Part shown: one piece after another, positions 9,501-18,770 of the stretch
Layout of the letters: each line of letters begins with the position of its first letter
How positions within the stretch are numbered: position 1 is the stretch's first letter
The notes under the pieces: generated by a model
The model's database searches: none
Seen by the model: the letters and a program-made list of their open reading frames with translations, nothing else
Told to the model about the DNA's origin: nothing
Made by a program: the position numbers and the translations under genes
Origin: a virus
Direction: 5' to 3' (one strand)
Length of the DNA stretch: 64,000 nucleotides
IMG/VR virus record: IMGVR_UViG_3300037258_000145
Span: 1 to 64,000 of that record

Positions 9501-10469
9501 GGTGCTCGGCGTGATCACCGACCGGGTAACCAACCACCCCCGGCCGATGGTAAAGGGATCGACATAGGTGGAGATATTCATCGCCTCGTCGCCGACGACA
9601 AGGGTGCCCTGACCGGGCAAGGGAGGCACGACCGAGGGGGCGGAGTAGGTACCGCTTAGGGCAACAGCTTGGGCGATGATCTGGAGAGAGGTCCCTGTGT
9701 AAATGACGAACCAGCAACCACTGCCCACATACCGGAGATGGGGGATGAAGTCGTAACTATTGTCAACCAGACCAAGGCTGATCTGGGCAAGCGACCCGAG
9801 CGTGATCGTCCCCGACGAGTTGATGGACCAAGTCCCAAGGCGCGCCACCCAACTCGTACCGTTATAAGTGTCGACCAGGACGCCCTCGCTGGCACCTAGC
9901 CCGGCTGCTGAGATAGTTCGACCGGCATTGGTGAGACCGGTCACGGCATCGACAGCGCTGATGGTCCCGCCTGCCAAGACATCGGCCACGCTCACTGTAA
10001 TGACAGCGATTTGCGTGGCCAAGACGAGATAGGCCCCGCCTGTCGTGTTAACCCACACCAGGGCGTACCCATTGCTATAGGCGAAGGACCCCAACGTCGC
10101 TGACGTAACCGACCACGAACCGTCAGCGGCGCGGACAAAGACGTAAAACACTGGGTAATAAAGCGAACTGGTCCCATAGACGGCCGCACAAAGGTACACG
10201 TTGTCCTCGGTGTCAACGGTCATGGACATCCCGCTTACGCCGAACGGTGGCTCCAGGGCCGCTACGACCTGAATGTCGGTCTTACCGGCTTGACCAACGG
10301 CCAGATTGAACTGACTTGTGGTCCCGTTGTAGAACCCAAATACGAGCGTGCCATCGGAGAGCTGTACGAAGGTCTGCTGAGGTTGGCTCCCGTAGTTGAA
10401 CGGATCGGCCACTACGCCGGTATTGGCGTACTCCCATACCGGCGCGACCAAGGGCGAAGGAACGGGCAT
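6573..10469 (-). CDS. large minor tail protein with two LamG/ConA-like domains and a Dit-like C-terminus
   Basis: Follows the tape measure; duplicated module DSGPSGQT...F/WT.EF.Y...EVR.SD..RY...GCLYHLD; C-terminal WWLKDP. Confidence 0.75.
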   Translation of the reverse strand: MPVPSPLVAPVWEYANTGVVADPFNYGSQPQQTFVQLSDGTLVFGFYNGTTSQFNLAVGQAGKTDIQVVAALEPPFGVSGMSMTVDTEDNVYLCAAVYGTSSLYYPVFYVFVRAADGSWSVTSATLGSFAYSNGYALVWVNTTGGAYLVLATQIAVITVSVADVLAGGTISAVDAVTGLTNAGRTISAAGLGASEGVLVDTYNGTSWVARLGTWSINSSGTITLGSLAQISLGLVDNSYDFIPHLRYVGSGCWFVIYTGTSLQIIAQAVALSGTYSAPSVVPPLPGQGTLVVGDEAMNISTYVDPFTIGRGWLVTRSVITPSTVIRLGMTIGLTSPPTLTWDFFTQTIATGLDTSSTSVVCPPNPTISEVDVVLGAIASATTPFCMSGVFTLPVYQPATPVLGPPGFGSVINPAVPQTFEWTVDPAENQVAFAYLLGTGQGQPGIYWNGEALSQWEVWLDDLSLADSGPSGQTFSFQVGTVVGVQYAITEGFTACAHFVGHSALVGPPGSTNAQGAVVGSAFTVEFLYQPSAADLTTATFLVSRDTSAHQEWAIYLTGGNLTIEVFDASGIGHAFGGVALTAGANYAVALTWSGTTWTLWLNGASVATLSLSTARAPSSQSMILGAPSPSTTGTTGYMAEVRVSDTARYSTSYTPATAPFVSNANTGCLYHLDAVPVMGGGTQSLTIPADVLGPAGTTYYWWTLTRDPNLIVSQVPFPLKMFLAVSPSASIEATPLSFIDSGPSGQTLTATGTVGLVPSPAGTAFGSAAQAVSSGSFLSGPVGSGNAQGAVTGSAWTCEFIYEAPSFATTPYVIGRSGEWQIVIDPSGAVQVIWYDSGGTSHFLNSGSHLLTAGVANNVAVSYNGADVAVWVNGTYDTDYAMTSAKAPSGSTALVVFFADTVATSVVDEVRISDSVRYTFASNYTPATIPFTSDVSTGCLYHLDDVVGTSQPTIQWTFTAGTMGGIQTTYQVLIGPTGWDPATTTPTWSTPITAGQASSATVSGLYLPQGTYDVYVVVTETSGATNGYDDFATFTIVYTAPATPSLTATATLGTYAGLDIVLALTGATVGNTAEFQYSLNAGSTWADVRNGSAVPVGSSGTAGSALWGGGAFGMGTWGAALPGSSIETTLDDYDMAAVGTVISYRVRQITSGGLVSAWSSVVNCTCPAFYGYWWLKDPINPVYNAQVQLDPPYPRAPLEVSSDYVTLGGTYEVIVSDGMRGATGSITFTTMEGPDGAPYDIYNLLNLLIPSRALLLQGPFGDSLYVWITGAREIETEFTGVESAMRKTTLKYVQIARP

Positions 10470-13400
10470 CAGGTCGTCTTCGCTCGGGGCAACACCGCGG
10501 CCAGTTTGGAGTTGTTCTTGTGAATGGCCCCGGTAACAGTCTTGGGCAGATCATCGATGAGCTGCGTCATGCCCTTGGCCGTGGTGCCCTCGTAGCCGTT
10601 GGAGGTCCGCAGGATGGCCAGGATTTGACGGAGGAGCGTGGTTTGGTCGTCGTTGGAACTCGTGGACGTCGAGGCGTAGGCGGTCTGACTGGTGTAGCTC
10701 TGCTGGCCCACGGACAGGTGCTTGGTCGAGATCCCAAGGGACTTGCCGAAAGCGGTGATGATGTCAGCATCCACCTTGGTCATGGCCCTGTGGATGCCCG
10801 CCAGTTCCGTAGGCGCGGTGGATGGGTGCATGATCTGGGCGATCGTGGCCGCTAGCTCTTTGGCCGTCCAGTTCTTTTCGACCGCGGCCACATGTTGGTT
10901 GATCTGAGCAAGTGAGGCCTTAGCCGCCGCCGTATGGGCGGCTGTGTTTTGCTCGGCTGCGAGTTGTGCCGGCAGTGCTCTCGCCGCGGCCCTATCGGCT
11001 GCTTCAGCCGCTGGGCTCATTGGCGGCAGGGTTTTTACCGCGAGCCAGGGGTTCATAATTACAGCGATCTGGGCTGCCAGTTGCTTAGCAGTCCAGTTCT
11101 TTTCGACCGCCTGAACGTGCAAGTTGATTTGAGCGAGAGAGGACTTAGCGGCAGCGGTGTGCTGAGCCGTGGATTGTTCAGCAGCCAATTGGGCCGGGAG
11201 AGCCCTCGCAGCGGCCTTGTCAGCAGCCGCGGCGGCGGCGCTCATCGGCGGCAGGGTCTTTACTCCAAGCCAAGGGTTTTTTATGAGGGCTATCGTTGCC
11301 GCTAGTTGCTTAGCCGTGAAATTCTTTTCCATCGCGGCCACATGCGTGTTGATCTGGGCGAGCGACGCCCTAGCCGCGGCGGTGTGTGTGGCGGTGTTCT
11401 GTTCGGCGGCCAATTGCGCAGGGAGATTGCGGATCGCAGCGCGGTCAGCGGCAGCCTGCTCGGGGGTTATCTGCGGGATGCCAGGCGTGAGGGCCATACC
11501 CTTGAGCGCCGTCACCAAGTTCCCGGCCAGACCGGCAGCGGCCTTGACGGGGTGCAGATGCTCTTTCGCTACTATCCCCTGCACCAAAATAGCCGCCGAG
11601 GACCGCCACTCGGCCGCGATGGTGGCCGCCAGTTGCTTAGCCGTTTGAGCGGCAAGAACCGACTTGACGTGGGTCTTGATGTCGTCGAGCGCCGCCGCGG
11701 CCTGGGTCGTCTTGGCCGCTGTCGTCTTCTCGGCTGCGATCTGTTGAGCCACCTTCGCCTCAGCGGCAGCAGCGGTCTTGGCCATGGCCTCGTTACGGGC
11801 CTTCGTCGCTTTCTCCGATGCCGCCTTCAGGGACGCTTCGTACTTGGCGTACCCGGCCCCGCCGTTGTCCTTGATGGACTTCTCAAGCGCCTTGATCTCG
11901 TTCGTGTGCGCCTTGGCCGTGTCTTCGGCCAGTTTGCTAGCGCGCGCAGTCCAAAAGATTTGGCGACTGGCCGCTCCCAAGGCTTGCACACTCAATTGAC
12001 CACTGGCCTGACGCGCCTTGGTGATCTCAGCCACGACCTTGGTACTGGCCGTTTGAACGGCAGCCTTCACGGCCGCACCTCCGCTGCCACCTCCACCACT
12101 ACTGGTGGTCTCTCGTCCCATGGTGACGATCTGAGCTAGCGAGCTGGCAGACGACGCTACGGCTGTCTCGATCTGGTTGAGGGTGGCCTGTTGCGCCGTT
12201 TCCGCTGTCAGCATGGCCGTGAAGGTAGTAACCGGCAGGTTGACGGTCAGGGCCCCGCCCTGGGTTGACAGGTCGAAGGACTTGTTGGCTGACACCGTGA
12301 CTTCGGACAGGATGCGCTTGAACAGGTCCTCAAACTCGGAGAGGTAGGTGACGATCGACGACAGGGCCAGCTTGGTTGACTCAGCGCCCGTGGAACTTCC
12401 CATTGACGTACCACCAAGCGCTCCGGACGCTGCCGCGCTAGTAAGGCCCGCTGCGGCCTTGGTCACGGCATCTGAAGCCAGATGGGCGTTATTCGTGATG
12501 CCGAGCGCCCAGCCCTGCATGATGGGCTTACCAACCTGCTCAGCGAAAACCGTCGAGGGAGACTTGATACCAAAGGCGCCGAGGACGCCATGGGTCACGT
12601 CCCCGGCGATCCCCTTGACAGCACTGACCACGTTGCCAGCCTGGCTCAGAATGCCTTTGATCAGACCTTCGATGACCTGCTCGCCGGCACTGATCAGCCA
12701 CGTGGCCGCTCCCGCGAACACGCTCATGATCTTTTTCGGGACCCCGATAATCAGGGCGGTGAGCAGACCGAACTGAGTGCGCGCTAGACCAACCATGGCG
12801 TCCCAGACGCTGGAGAGAAACGCCTTGATGGCGTTCCAAACCGAGATGGCGTCGGCCTTGATGGCGGTCCAGTGGGACATGATGATGCCGACCGGCGAGA
12901 CGTCTTTGAACACGTCAACGATGGTGTTCCACACCAGCGAGAAGTAAGCCTTGATGCCATTCCAAATGATGGTGGCGTCGGCTTGGATCATGTTCCAAAC
13001 GCCGGACAGGAACGAGACAACCAGGTTGAAGATGGCCATGGCGTCTGACTTCATGTTGTCCCACGTGGTGGTCAGGAACGACAGGATCGAGTCCCAAACA
13101 CTGATCGCCTCGTTTTTGACCGCGTCCCACGCGCCTGTCAACCAAGACACGATCGAGCCCCAGATGCTAAAAGCCGTGGACTTTATCGTGTTCCAGGCGC
13201 CCGTCAGCCACGCCAGGATCGAACCCCACACGGAGATGGCCGTGTTCTTTACGGCGTTCCAAGCCGTTTCGAGATAGCCTCCGATCGCGCCCCAGACCGC
13301 CATGGCCGCCGACTTGATGAGGCCCCATACCTGGTCTAGGTAGCCCTTTATGGCGTCCCAAGCCGCCTTGACGTCGGCCAGGGCCTTGGCCCAGTGACCG

Positions 13401-15637
13401 TGGATCACAGCAATGATGGCGGCCCAGATGTCGTTCGCAGCCGTCTCGATGGCGTGCCAGACCCCGTCGAGATAATGCCACACCTCCTCGGCCTCGTTCT
13501 TGATCCAGCCCCATATCTGATGCCAGTGGGTCCAGACGTAAATGATGCCGACCACCAGTCCGGCAAGGGCGGCGATCATGAGGCCAATCGGCCCTAGCAA
13601 GATGGTGATGGCGGCAGCAACCGCAATAACAGCCGCCTTGTGCTTCTCCAGTTCTTCTCGGACCTGCTTCCAGTGGGTAACAAGCTCGATCAGGAGAGGA
13701 AGGAGCAGACCAATCGCCAAGCCAACAGGACCAAACATGTCGTCGGACGCCTCGCCTGCCGCTATCTCGGACGCCTCTACCTCAGGCATGATCCCGACCA
13801 GCCGCAACAGCGACGTGATAGCACCCTGCACCGCGCCGACGAAGCTGCCCACCATCTCGCCTACGAACGTCCCGATGGCACCCACAAGAACTGTCCCGAT
13901 CACGACAGCCAGGGCCTCGGCCACCGTTTTATGCTTTTCGAACCAGGTGATCAGATTTCCAATGTCGATGCCGACCTGTTCAAGAACCGGGATAAGCACT
14001 TCACCGAACTTGATGGACAACGCCTCGACCGTGTCCTTGGCCTGGTCCAGTTGAAAGCTGAGATCGCCCTGAACGAGCTTGAAACCCTGCACCTGGGTCT
14101 TACCGTTGGCCATGGCCGATGAGATATTGTCAACGTTGCTTTTATACGTGGAGAGATGATTACCCGTGAGATCAAGCGCGGCGCTGAGCCCATTGGCACC
14201 TCCCACCATGCTCTGCAACGTCGCCACATATGTCTGCGCGGCAGGGCCACCGGCGGCTAGTTCGGCGTTAAACGAGTGAGCCTTGTCGTAAGTGGCCAAG
14301 AACTGAGTACCCAGCTCCTTTTGTCCAGCTGGCAGATCGGCTATGGCCGAGCCGTAGTCCTTAGCACCTAAGGAGCCAGCCTCTAGTTGCTGAGCGAGAA
14401 CTTGAACACTTGCAGGCATGGCCTTGAGCATGGTCTGTAGGTCACCAGCCGCCGTCTGAGACTGAGTAAAAGTCTTCTCCAGCACTAGTCCTGCTGGGCC
14501 CATGTGGGCGGTGATGGCGCTTGTCAGTTCTCCCAAGGTGCCCGTTAGTCCTTCCTTGCCAAGGTTCTTGGAGACCGTGACCGAGTTGAGCCCCATGTCG
14601 GCCATGGCCTGTGTGGCCGCGGTGCTTGGGCTAATCAGCGCACGAAGCAGGAAGGCGAGTTGCGTGGAAGCACGTCGCGCTGTAGTACCACCGGCAGTCA
14701 TGGTGGCCAGCGCCCCGCCAACCTGGGCATAACCGACCCCAGCTTGAGCGGCTACTGGGAGTACCGAGGCGAGCGCTGAAGACAAATCTCCCAGCGTCGT
14801 CTTGCCGTCAGCGACCGTCTGGATAAGTCCTGACGTCACGGCAGTAGCCGAACTGGCCCCCAGATTGTATTGCTTCAGGACCGTAGTCACACCGCCCGCT
14901 ACAGTCGCCAGATCGGCATTGCCGGTTGCCGCTCCTTCGGCCGATGCTTTCAACACGGCGAGTCCAGCAGCGCCGTGGTAGCCAGCGGATTCGACCAGGT
15001 ACATGCCCTGGGCCAGGCTGGTTGTGGACTGACCTACCTGACCAGCCATGTTCAAGATGCCATCGCCGACCATTTTGATGTTCTTCTGAGACTCACCAGC
15101 CCCAGTGACAAGCGTGGTCATCGATGATTCAAAATCGCTGGCAGCTTTTACGGACGCCGCAGAAAAGGCCACCAAAGAACCGACCCCTACCAGACCCGTT
15201 ATGGCACCCAACTTGAGCATGCCCCCCATGAGCCCGCTCCCGGCTTGGTCGGCATTTTCCATCTTGTCGGCCATGTCCTTCATCATCGTCCCGACGATCG
15301 GAATAGACGATGTGTGCTTAGCAACGTCGTCGAAGGCTTTGGCCATGCCATGAAGAGAGTGACTGCTAGCATTCGCGCCCTTGGTCACCTTCGACGTGGC
15401 AACTTGAGCGTCACTGCCAAGGGTGTTGAGATCCCGGTCAACTTTTTGCAGATTGCCCGACTGAGCCATCTCCTCGGCGGCCTTGTCGGCCTTACCTAGA
15501 CCCCCTGCCATAGCCGCCCCAGAAGCATCGGCCTCGGCGCTCAAGCTGCCTAACTGCGCCTTGGTCTTATCGAGGTTGGCCGCGCCCTGCTCGGCTATGC
15601 GGATCAGGATGAGGACTTCGTCCTCGGACAGTGCCAT
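10469..15637 (-). CDS. tape measure protein
   Basis: 1722 aa, Ala/Gly-rich, TP901-like core, TM segments, Trp-periodic 11/22-aa repeats; follows the tail chaperones. Confidence 0.95.
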   Translation of the reverse strand: MALSEDEVLILIRIAEQGAANLDKTKAQLGSLSAEADASGAAMAGGLGKADKAAEEMAQSGNLQKVDRDLNTLGSDAQVATSKVTKGANASSHSLHGMAKAFDDVAKHTSSIPIVGTMMKDMADKMENADQAGSGLMGGMLKLGAITGLVGVGSLVAFSAASVKAASDFESSMTTLVTGAGESQKNIKMVGDGILNMAGQVGQSTTSLAQGMYLVESAGYHGAAGLAVLKASAEGAATGNADLATVAGGVTTVLKQYNLGASSATAVTSGLIQTVADGKTTLGDLSSALASVLPVAAQAGVGYAQVGGALATMTAGGTTARRASTQLAFLLRALISPSTAATQAMADMGLNSVTVSKNLGKEGLTGTLGELTSAITAHMGPAGLVLEKTFTQSQTAAGDLQTMLKAMPASVQVLAQQLEAGSLGAKDYGSAIADLPAGQKELGTQFLATYDKAHSFNAELAAGGPAAQTYVATLQSMVGGANGLSAALDLTGNHLSTYKSNVDNISSAMANGKTQVQGFKLVQGDLSFQLDQAKDTVEALSIKFGEVLIPVLEQVGIDIGNLITWFEKHKTVAEALAVVIGTVLVGAIGTFVGEMVGSFVGAVQGAITSLLRLVGIMPEVEASEIAAGEASDDMFGPVGLAIGLLLPLLIELVTHWKQVREELEKHKAAVIAVAAAITILLGPIGLMIAALAGLVVGIIYVWTHWHQIWGWIKNEAEEVWHYLDGVWHAIETAANDIWAAIIAVIHGHWAKALADVKAAWDAIKGYLDQVWGLIKSAAMAVWGAIGGYLETAWNAVKNTAISVWGSILAWLTGAWNTIKSTAFSIWGSIVSWLTGAWDAVKNEAISVWDSILSFLTTTWDNMKSDAMAIFNLVVSFLSGVWNMIQADATIIWNGIKAYFSLVWNTIVDVFKDVSPVGIIMSHWTAIKADAISVWNAIKAFLSSVWDAMVGLARTQFGLLTALIIGVPKKIMSVFAGAATWLISAGEQVIEGLIKGILSQAGNVVSAVKGIAGDVTHGVLGAFGIKSPSTVFAEQVGKPIMQGWALGITNNAHLASDAVTKAAAGLTSAAASGALGGTSMGSSTGAESTKLALSSIVTYLSEFEDLFKRILSEVTVSANKSFDLSTQGGALTVNLPVTTFTAMLTAETAQQATLNQIETAVASSASSLAQIVTMGRETTSSGGGGSGGAAVKAAVQTASTKVVAEITKARQASGQLSVQALGAASRQIFWTARASKLAEDTAKAHTNEIKALEKSIKDNGGAGYAKYEASLKAASEKATKARNEAMAKTAAAAEAKVAQQIAAEKTTAAKTTQAAAALDDIKTHVKSVLAAQTAKQLAATIAAEWRSSAAILVQGIVAKEHLHPVKAAAGLAGNLVTALKGMALTPGIPQITPEQAAADRAAIRNLPAQLAAEQNTATHTAAARASLAQINTHVAAMEKNFTAKQLAATIALIKNPWLGVKTLPPMSAAAAAADKAAARALPAQLAAEQSTAQHTAAAKSSLAQINLHVQAVEKNWTAKQLAAQIAVIMNPWLAVKTLPPMSPAAEAADRAAARALPAQLAAEQNTAAHTAAAKASLAQINQHVAAVEKNWTAKELAATIAQIMHPSTAPTELAGIHRAMTKVDADIITAFGKSLGISTKHLSVGQQSYTSQTAYASTSTSSNDDQTTLLRQILAILRTSNGYEGTTAKGMTQLIDDLPKTVTGAIHKNNSKLAAVLPRAKTT
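10840..11470 (-). repeat. three tandem 225-bp (75-aa) repeats in the tape measure C-terminus
   Basis: LPAQLAAEQ.TA.HTAAA..SLAQIN.HV.A.EKN.TAK.LAA occurs three times; 'ctcat..gcggcaggg' at 11016 and 11241. Confidence 0.9.
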
Positions 15638-15862
15638 CAGTTGGCCTTGGCGCGCCGAGCGGCGGCGGCGTTCTCATGGGCGATCGTGGCCTGCATAAAC
15701 AGGCGGTATTCGTCGACCTCGTGGGTGGGACGCTCAGTCAGCGGGCGGGGGTCCACCTGGATCCCCAGTCGGGACTGGAACTGCTCCTCGGTCCAGAACT
15801 TGATGATCGTCGGATGAGTTGTCTTGCCCGCGTTGAGGGCTGCTCCCATTTCCAGCCTGAAA
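15637..15862 (-). CDS. tail assembly chaperone frameshift extension (gpT-like)
   Basis: ORF in the +1 frame overlapping the 3' end of the chaperone and abutting the tape measure ATG. Confidence 0.7.
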
Positions 15863-16336
15863 GGAGTACTCCTGTTCGGGGGTCTTGGGCCCGTTGAGCA
15901 CATCGACTCGCTTTTGGATCTGGTCATAGGCTCGCTGAGGTATTTGCAGGAGGGACTTGCGCCGCGGGCTCATCCACATAGCGAAGCCGTCGGCGCCCAT
16001 CCGGGGTGAGCCGTCGGAGTTGGTGAGTTGGTCCCGCTGGATGCGCTCGAGGTCCCGGTCAAAGCTCGTCGGGAGCTTCACGGCGTTACGATCAGACAGG
16101 TTCCAGTCCACGATCGAGGCCACGACCTGTTCAAACTGCTTGCGGTTCAGGTCGATCTTGATGTCCGGCACGTTCTTGCCCGTCTTGTCGGTCTTCACGC
16201 CGATGGTGGACAGGGCGCGCTCGGCCTCTTCGGATTCGGCTACCGACAGGCACTTTTTGACGTCGACCCACCACATCTCTTCGTCGTCGATCTTGATGCG
16301 GTCGGTACCGTCGTATTCACCGAGAAAACCGGGCAT
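15734..16336 (-). CDS. tail assembly chaperone (gpG-like)
   Basis: Between tail tube and tape measure; IVDWNLSD motif; AAGGAG RBS. Confidence 0.8.
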   Translation of the reverse strand: MPGFLGEYDGTDRIKIDDEEMWWVDVKKCLSVAESEEAERALSTIGVKTDKTGKNVPDIKIDLNRKQFEQVVASIVDWNLSDRNAVKLPTSFDRDLERIQRDQLTNSDGSPRMGADGFAMWMSPRRKSLLQIPQRAYDQIQKRVDVLNGPKTPEQEYSFQAGNGSSPQRGQDNSSDDHQVLDRGAVPVPTGDPGGPPPAD

Positions 16337-16397
16337 GTTCGTTTAGCTCCTTGGGGGACTTGAGCTGGTGGATAGTTGCATAAGTGCTGGTAGGGGC

Positions 16398-17639
16398 TCA
16401 GTACGCCGTGTGTACCGCGTTCGTCACAGTTGCCGAGATGGTCACCGATGGCGAGGCGCTGAGCGAACGGCGGGCCTCGAAAGGAACGGTCTGCATGACG
16501 ATGTCCGACACCTTGGGGTCGACGTTGGCCATCTTCAACAAGCACTTACCCATGGACACCGTGATCCCGTAGCCAGTGGTGGCGTGAGTAGCCGAGAAGG
16601 AGATCGCGGCCTCATTGTGGGCCTGCATGAAGGACCAGAAGCCATAGGTGGAGTCGTTGAAGGTGTCGAACACCACATCGAACGAGCCGTTGACATGCAA
16701 GGCCGTGGACGGGTTGAACTGCAACTCGACGTTGCCGTTGAGGGTGTAGGTCGGCTTCAGGCCGTTGTCGATCGACAAGTTGAAGTTGGTCGGGGACTTG
16801 ATCTGGCCCCCGGCGTAATCCACGATGAACTCACTGAAGACAAAGGGCGGCTCGTCGACGATCGTCACCGCGCTCGGGCTGGTGAGCAGAGCCACGGACT
16901 GGGCGATCATGTCGCATGTCATCGACAATTCGGTGTTGGACGCCTGGCCTTTCAGGTCGAACTTGTTGACGCGAGCGCCGGCGAACTGGAGTGACTGACT
17001 GGCGCCGATGTTCTTTTCCACCGTCAGGCTCGGGATGTTGGTGATCCCAGATTCCACGATCAAATGGGTAAACGGGCTCACGACCGAAATGACTGCGGCC
17101 GCGGTGAGGTGGTTGTAAACCAAAGGGGCGTCCAGGGTTAGGACGTTGGTGGCGACGTTGGTGACCAACCGGCACTCGGCTGTGAGTGGAGTTGACGGGG
17201 TGTTGACGTCGATCTGGATGACGGTGGTGTTGGCCACGATCCCGGTCGCCGAGGTCACCGTGACCGTTGTGGCCCCTGCCGAGACGCCACCGTTCAGGGT
17301 GGTGGTGACTCCTCCGCCTGCGGTACCGGTGACGCCGTAGCCGGGCGAGCCGTCCAAGCCGATAGCCGCCGTGAAGAACAAGATGCCGTTGGTTGGGAAC
17401 ACTGGGCCCTCGACGCCACCAGCGTCCTTCTCCTCGCCATACAAACCGAAGGTCTGGAGGTCGCGGGTCCCGATCATCAGTTCGGGATAGAACAGACCGG
17501 GGTCGGTGTCCATCGTGTTGCCCGTCATGGGCAAGTCCTGGGTGGGGACTACCGGAGTGCCGAAGGTCGCCTCCTTGGCCACACCAGTAGCTGAAGCAGT
17601 GCCGAGCTTTTCTGTGAACAGGAAACCAGGTGATGCCAG
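16398..17639 (-). CDS. major tail tube protein; CTG start
   Basis: GVAKEATFGTP, SLTVEK, GARVN, LSIDNGL tube motifs; frame open to GGGAGG-CAT-CTG (17639) with TAA just upstream. Confidence 0.85.
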   Translation of the reverse strand: MASPGFLFTEKLGTASATGVAKEATFGTPVVPTQDLPMTGNTMDTDPGLFYPELMIGTRDLQTFGLYGEEKDAGGVEGPVFPTNGILFFTAAIGLDGSPGYGVTGTAGGGVTTTLNGGVSAGATTVTVTSATGIVANTTVIQIDVNTPSTPLTAECRLVTNVATNVLTLDAPLVYNHLTAAAVISVVSPFTHLIVESGITNIPSLTVEKNIGASQSLQFAGARVNKFDLKGQASNTELSMTCDMIAQSVALLTSPSAVTIVDEPPFVFSEFIVDYAGGQIKSPTNFNLSIDNGLKPTYTLNGNVELQFNPSTALHVNGSFDVVFDTFNDSTYGFWSFMQAHNEAAISFSATHATTGYGITVSMGKCLLKMANVDPKVSDIVMQTVPFEARRSLSASPSVTISATVTNAVHTAY

Positions 17640-17649
17640 ATGCCTCCCT
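17637..17649 (-). promoter_or_regulatory. SD-CAT-CTG initiation motif (tail tube)
   Basis: AGGGAGG CAT CTG, in frame. Confidence 0.8.
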
Positions 17650-17996
17650 TAGACCGCTGTCTCGGCGGTGGTGTCGGTTTTGTCGTCGGTCTGCGCCTTG
17701 GCGTACGCATCACTCGTTGAGGGCCAGCGGTTCGGCGGGACAGCGGGAGGTGCTGGCGTTTCGTCTTCAGCCTTGGGGAACACTGGGACGTCGTTGACGT
17801 CGACCTCGTACCACCCCGGGCTAGCGGCTAACTGGTCGGCGTACTGGGCCTGGTTCTCTTGGCTCTCATCGTAGGTGACGCGCTGGCCTCGGATGCCCTC
17901 AGGGTCGTCCTCGGAGGGGGAATGGGGGCCGTCGACGAATCGCTCCAAGTGGTCTTTCAACAGCACGCCGGGACCCGACCTGCGAAAATATCTCAC
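17649..17996 (-). CDS. hypothetical virion-region protein, probably leaderless
   Basis: GTG 8 nt after TAGGAT (18005-18010). Confidence 0.6.
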   Translation of the reverse strand: MRYFRRSGPGVLLKDHLERFVDGPHSPSEDDPEGIRGQRVTYDESQENQAQYADQLAASPGWYEVDVNDVPVFPKAEDETPAPPAVPPNRWPSTSDAYAKAQTDDKTDTTAETAV

Positions 17997-18047
17997 GGCC
18001 CTGAATCCTAGCCCACGGTAGCGGGAGGCATGCGGACCGCCCTGGCC

Positions 18048-18065
18048 AGTCGCGCGCGTGCGACT
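18048..18065. repeat. palindrome B, copy 2
   Basis: AGTCGC GCGCGT GCGACT. Confidence 0.95.
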
Positions 18066-18093
18066 CAATACGCGCGGTGACCGCGCGCTTTCA
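18066..18093. repeat. palindrome A, copy 2 (abuts palindrome B)
   Basis: CAATA CGCGCGGTGACCGCGCG CTTTCA. Confidence 0.95.
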
Positions 18094-18555
18094 GCCCTCC
18101 AACATGACAGCGATCCTGGCCCTCAGCTCGCCCAAGACTTCCTCCCTCATGGCCGTCCAGACGCCAACGACAGTGCGCTTACGACTGGCCCTGAGCTTGG
18201 CTGCAAACCCGCCGCCCTGATTCAGTGGAGGATGGAACCGACCGCCGAACCTGCCTCCGATGCCGAAGTCCGGCCCGAAACCGAAGGCGTTGGGGATGTC
18301 GTAGGGCTTACCTCCGGGCGGGGTGGAGAAGATGAGGTCCATCGATTCGGCGCTGGTGTGGCGCATGGAGCGGACCGAGGGCTTGTACCCGCCCCCTGAC
18401 TTACGAGGCAGCGATTTGGCCGCCAGGGCTTCGCGGAGCGCGGCGCTCATCGTCGGGCTTACCGTGTCGGCCCACTCGGTCGCCAGGGTGGAGAACCGGA
18501 AACGGTTGAGGCGGGCTATGGCCTCGTCGACACCTTCGACCCTGATCTCGCTCAC
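18091..18555 (-). CDS. neck/tail-completion protein (HK97 gp10-like)
   Basis: IRVEGVDEAIARL N-terminus, basic, FHPP motif; position in the virion operon. Confidence 0.6.
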   Translation of the reverse strand: MSEIRVEGVDEAIARLNRFRFSTLATEWADTVSPTMSAALREALAAKSLPRKSGGGYKPSVRSMRHTSAESMDLIFSTPPGGKPYDIPNAFGFGPDFGIGGRFGGRFHPPLNQGGGFAAKLRASRKRTVVGVWTAMREEVLGELRARIAVMLEG

Positions 18556-18572
18556 AGGTCCAGGCTAGTCCT

Positions 18573-18586
18573 GCTAAGCTTCCTTT
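18573..18586 (+). promoter_or_regulatory. promoter motif C (leaderless)
   Basis: GCTAAGCTTCCTTT followed by GC-ATG. Confidence 0.65.
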
Positions 18587-18588
18587 GC

Positions 18589-18693
18589 ATGACCCTCGAC
18601 CAAGCACTCGCTCGACATCAGGGACGGATGCGGTTCTACATGCGAGCCCTACGTCCTGTGACCTTGTTGGTCCAGTGGTGGTTCGACCCATGA
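18589..18693 (+). CDS. 34-aa leaderless ORF
   Basis: ATG 8 nt after TAAGCT of promoter motif C; ATGA-coupled to the next ORF. Confidence 0.5.
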   Translation: MTLDQALARHQGRMRFYMRALRPVTLLVQWWFDP

Positions 18694-18770
18694 CCCGCTT
18701 CACTCATTTCGGTTTCCTTGCCGTAATCCTTGCCCTAGCTGCTTTGGGTATCTGGCTCGCGTTGCCTTAG
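18690..18770 (+). CDS. 26-aa membrane peptide
   Basis: MTRFTHFGFLAVILALAALGIWLALP, a single TM segment. Confidence 0.55.
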   Translation: MTRFTHFGFLAVILALAALGIWLALP

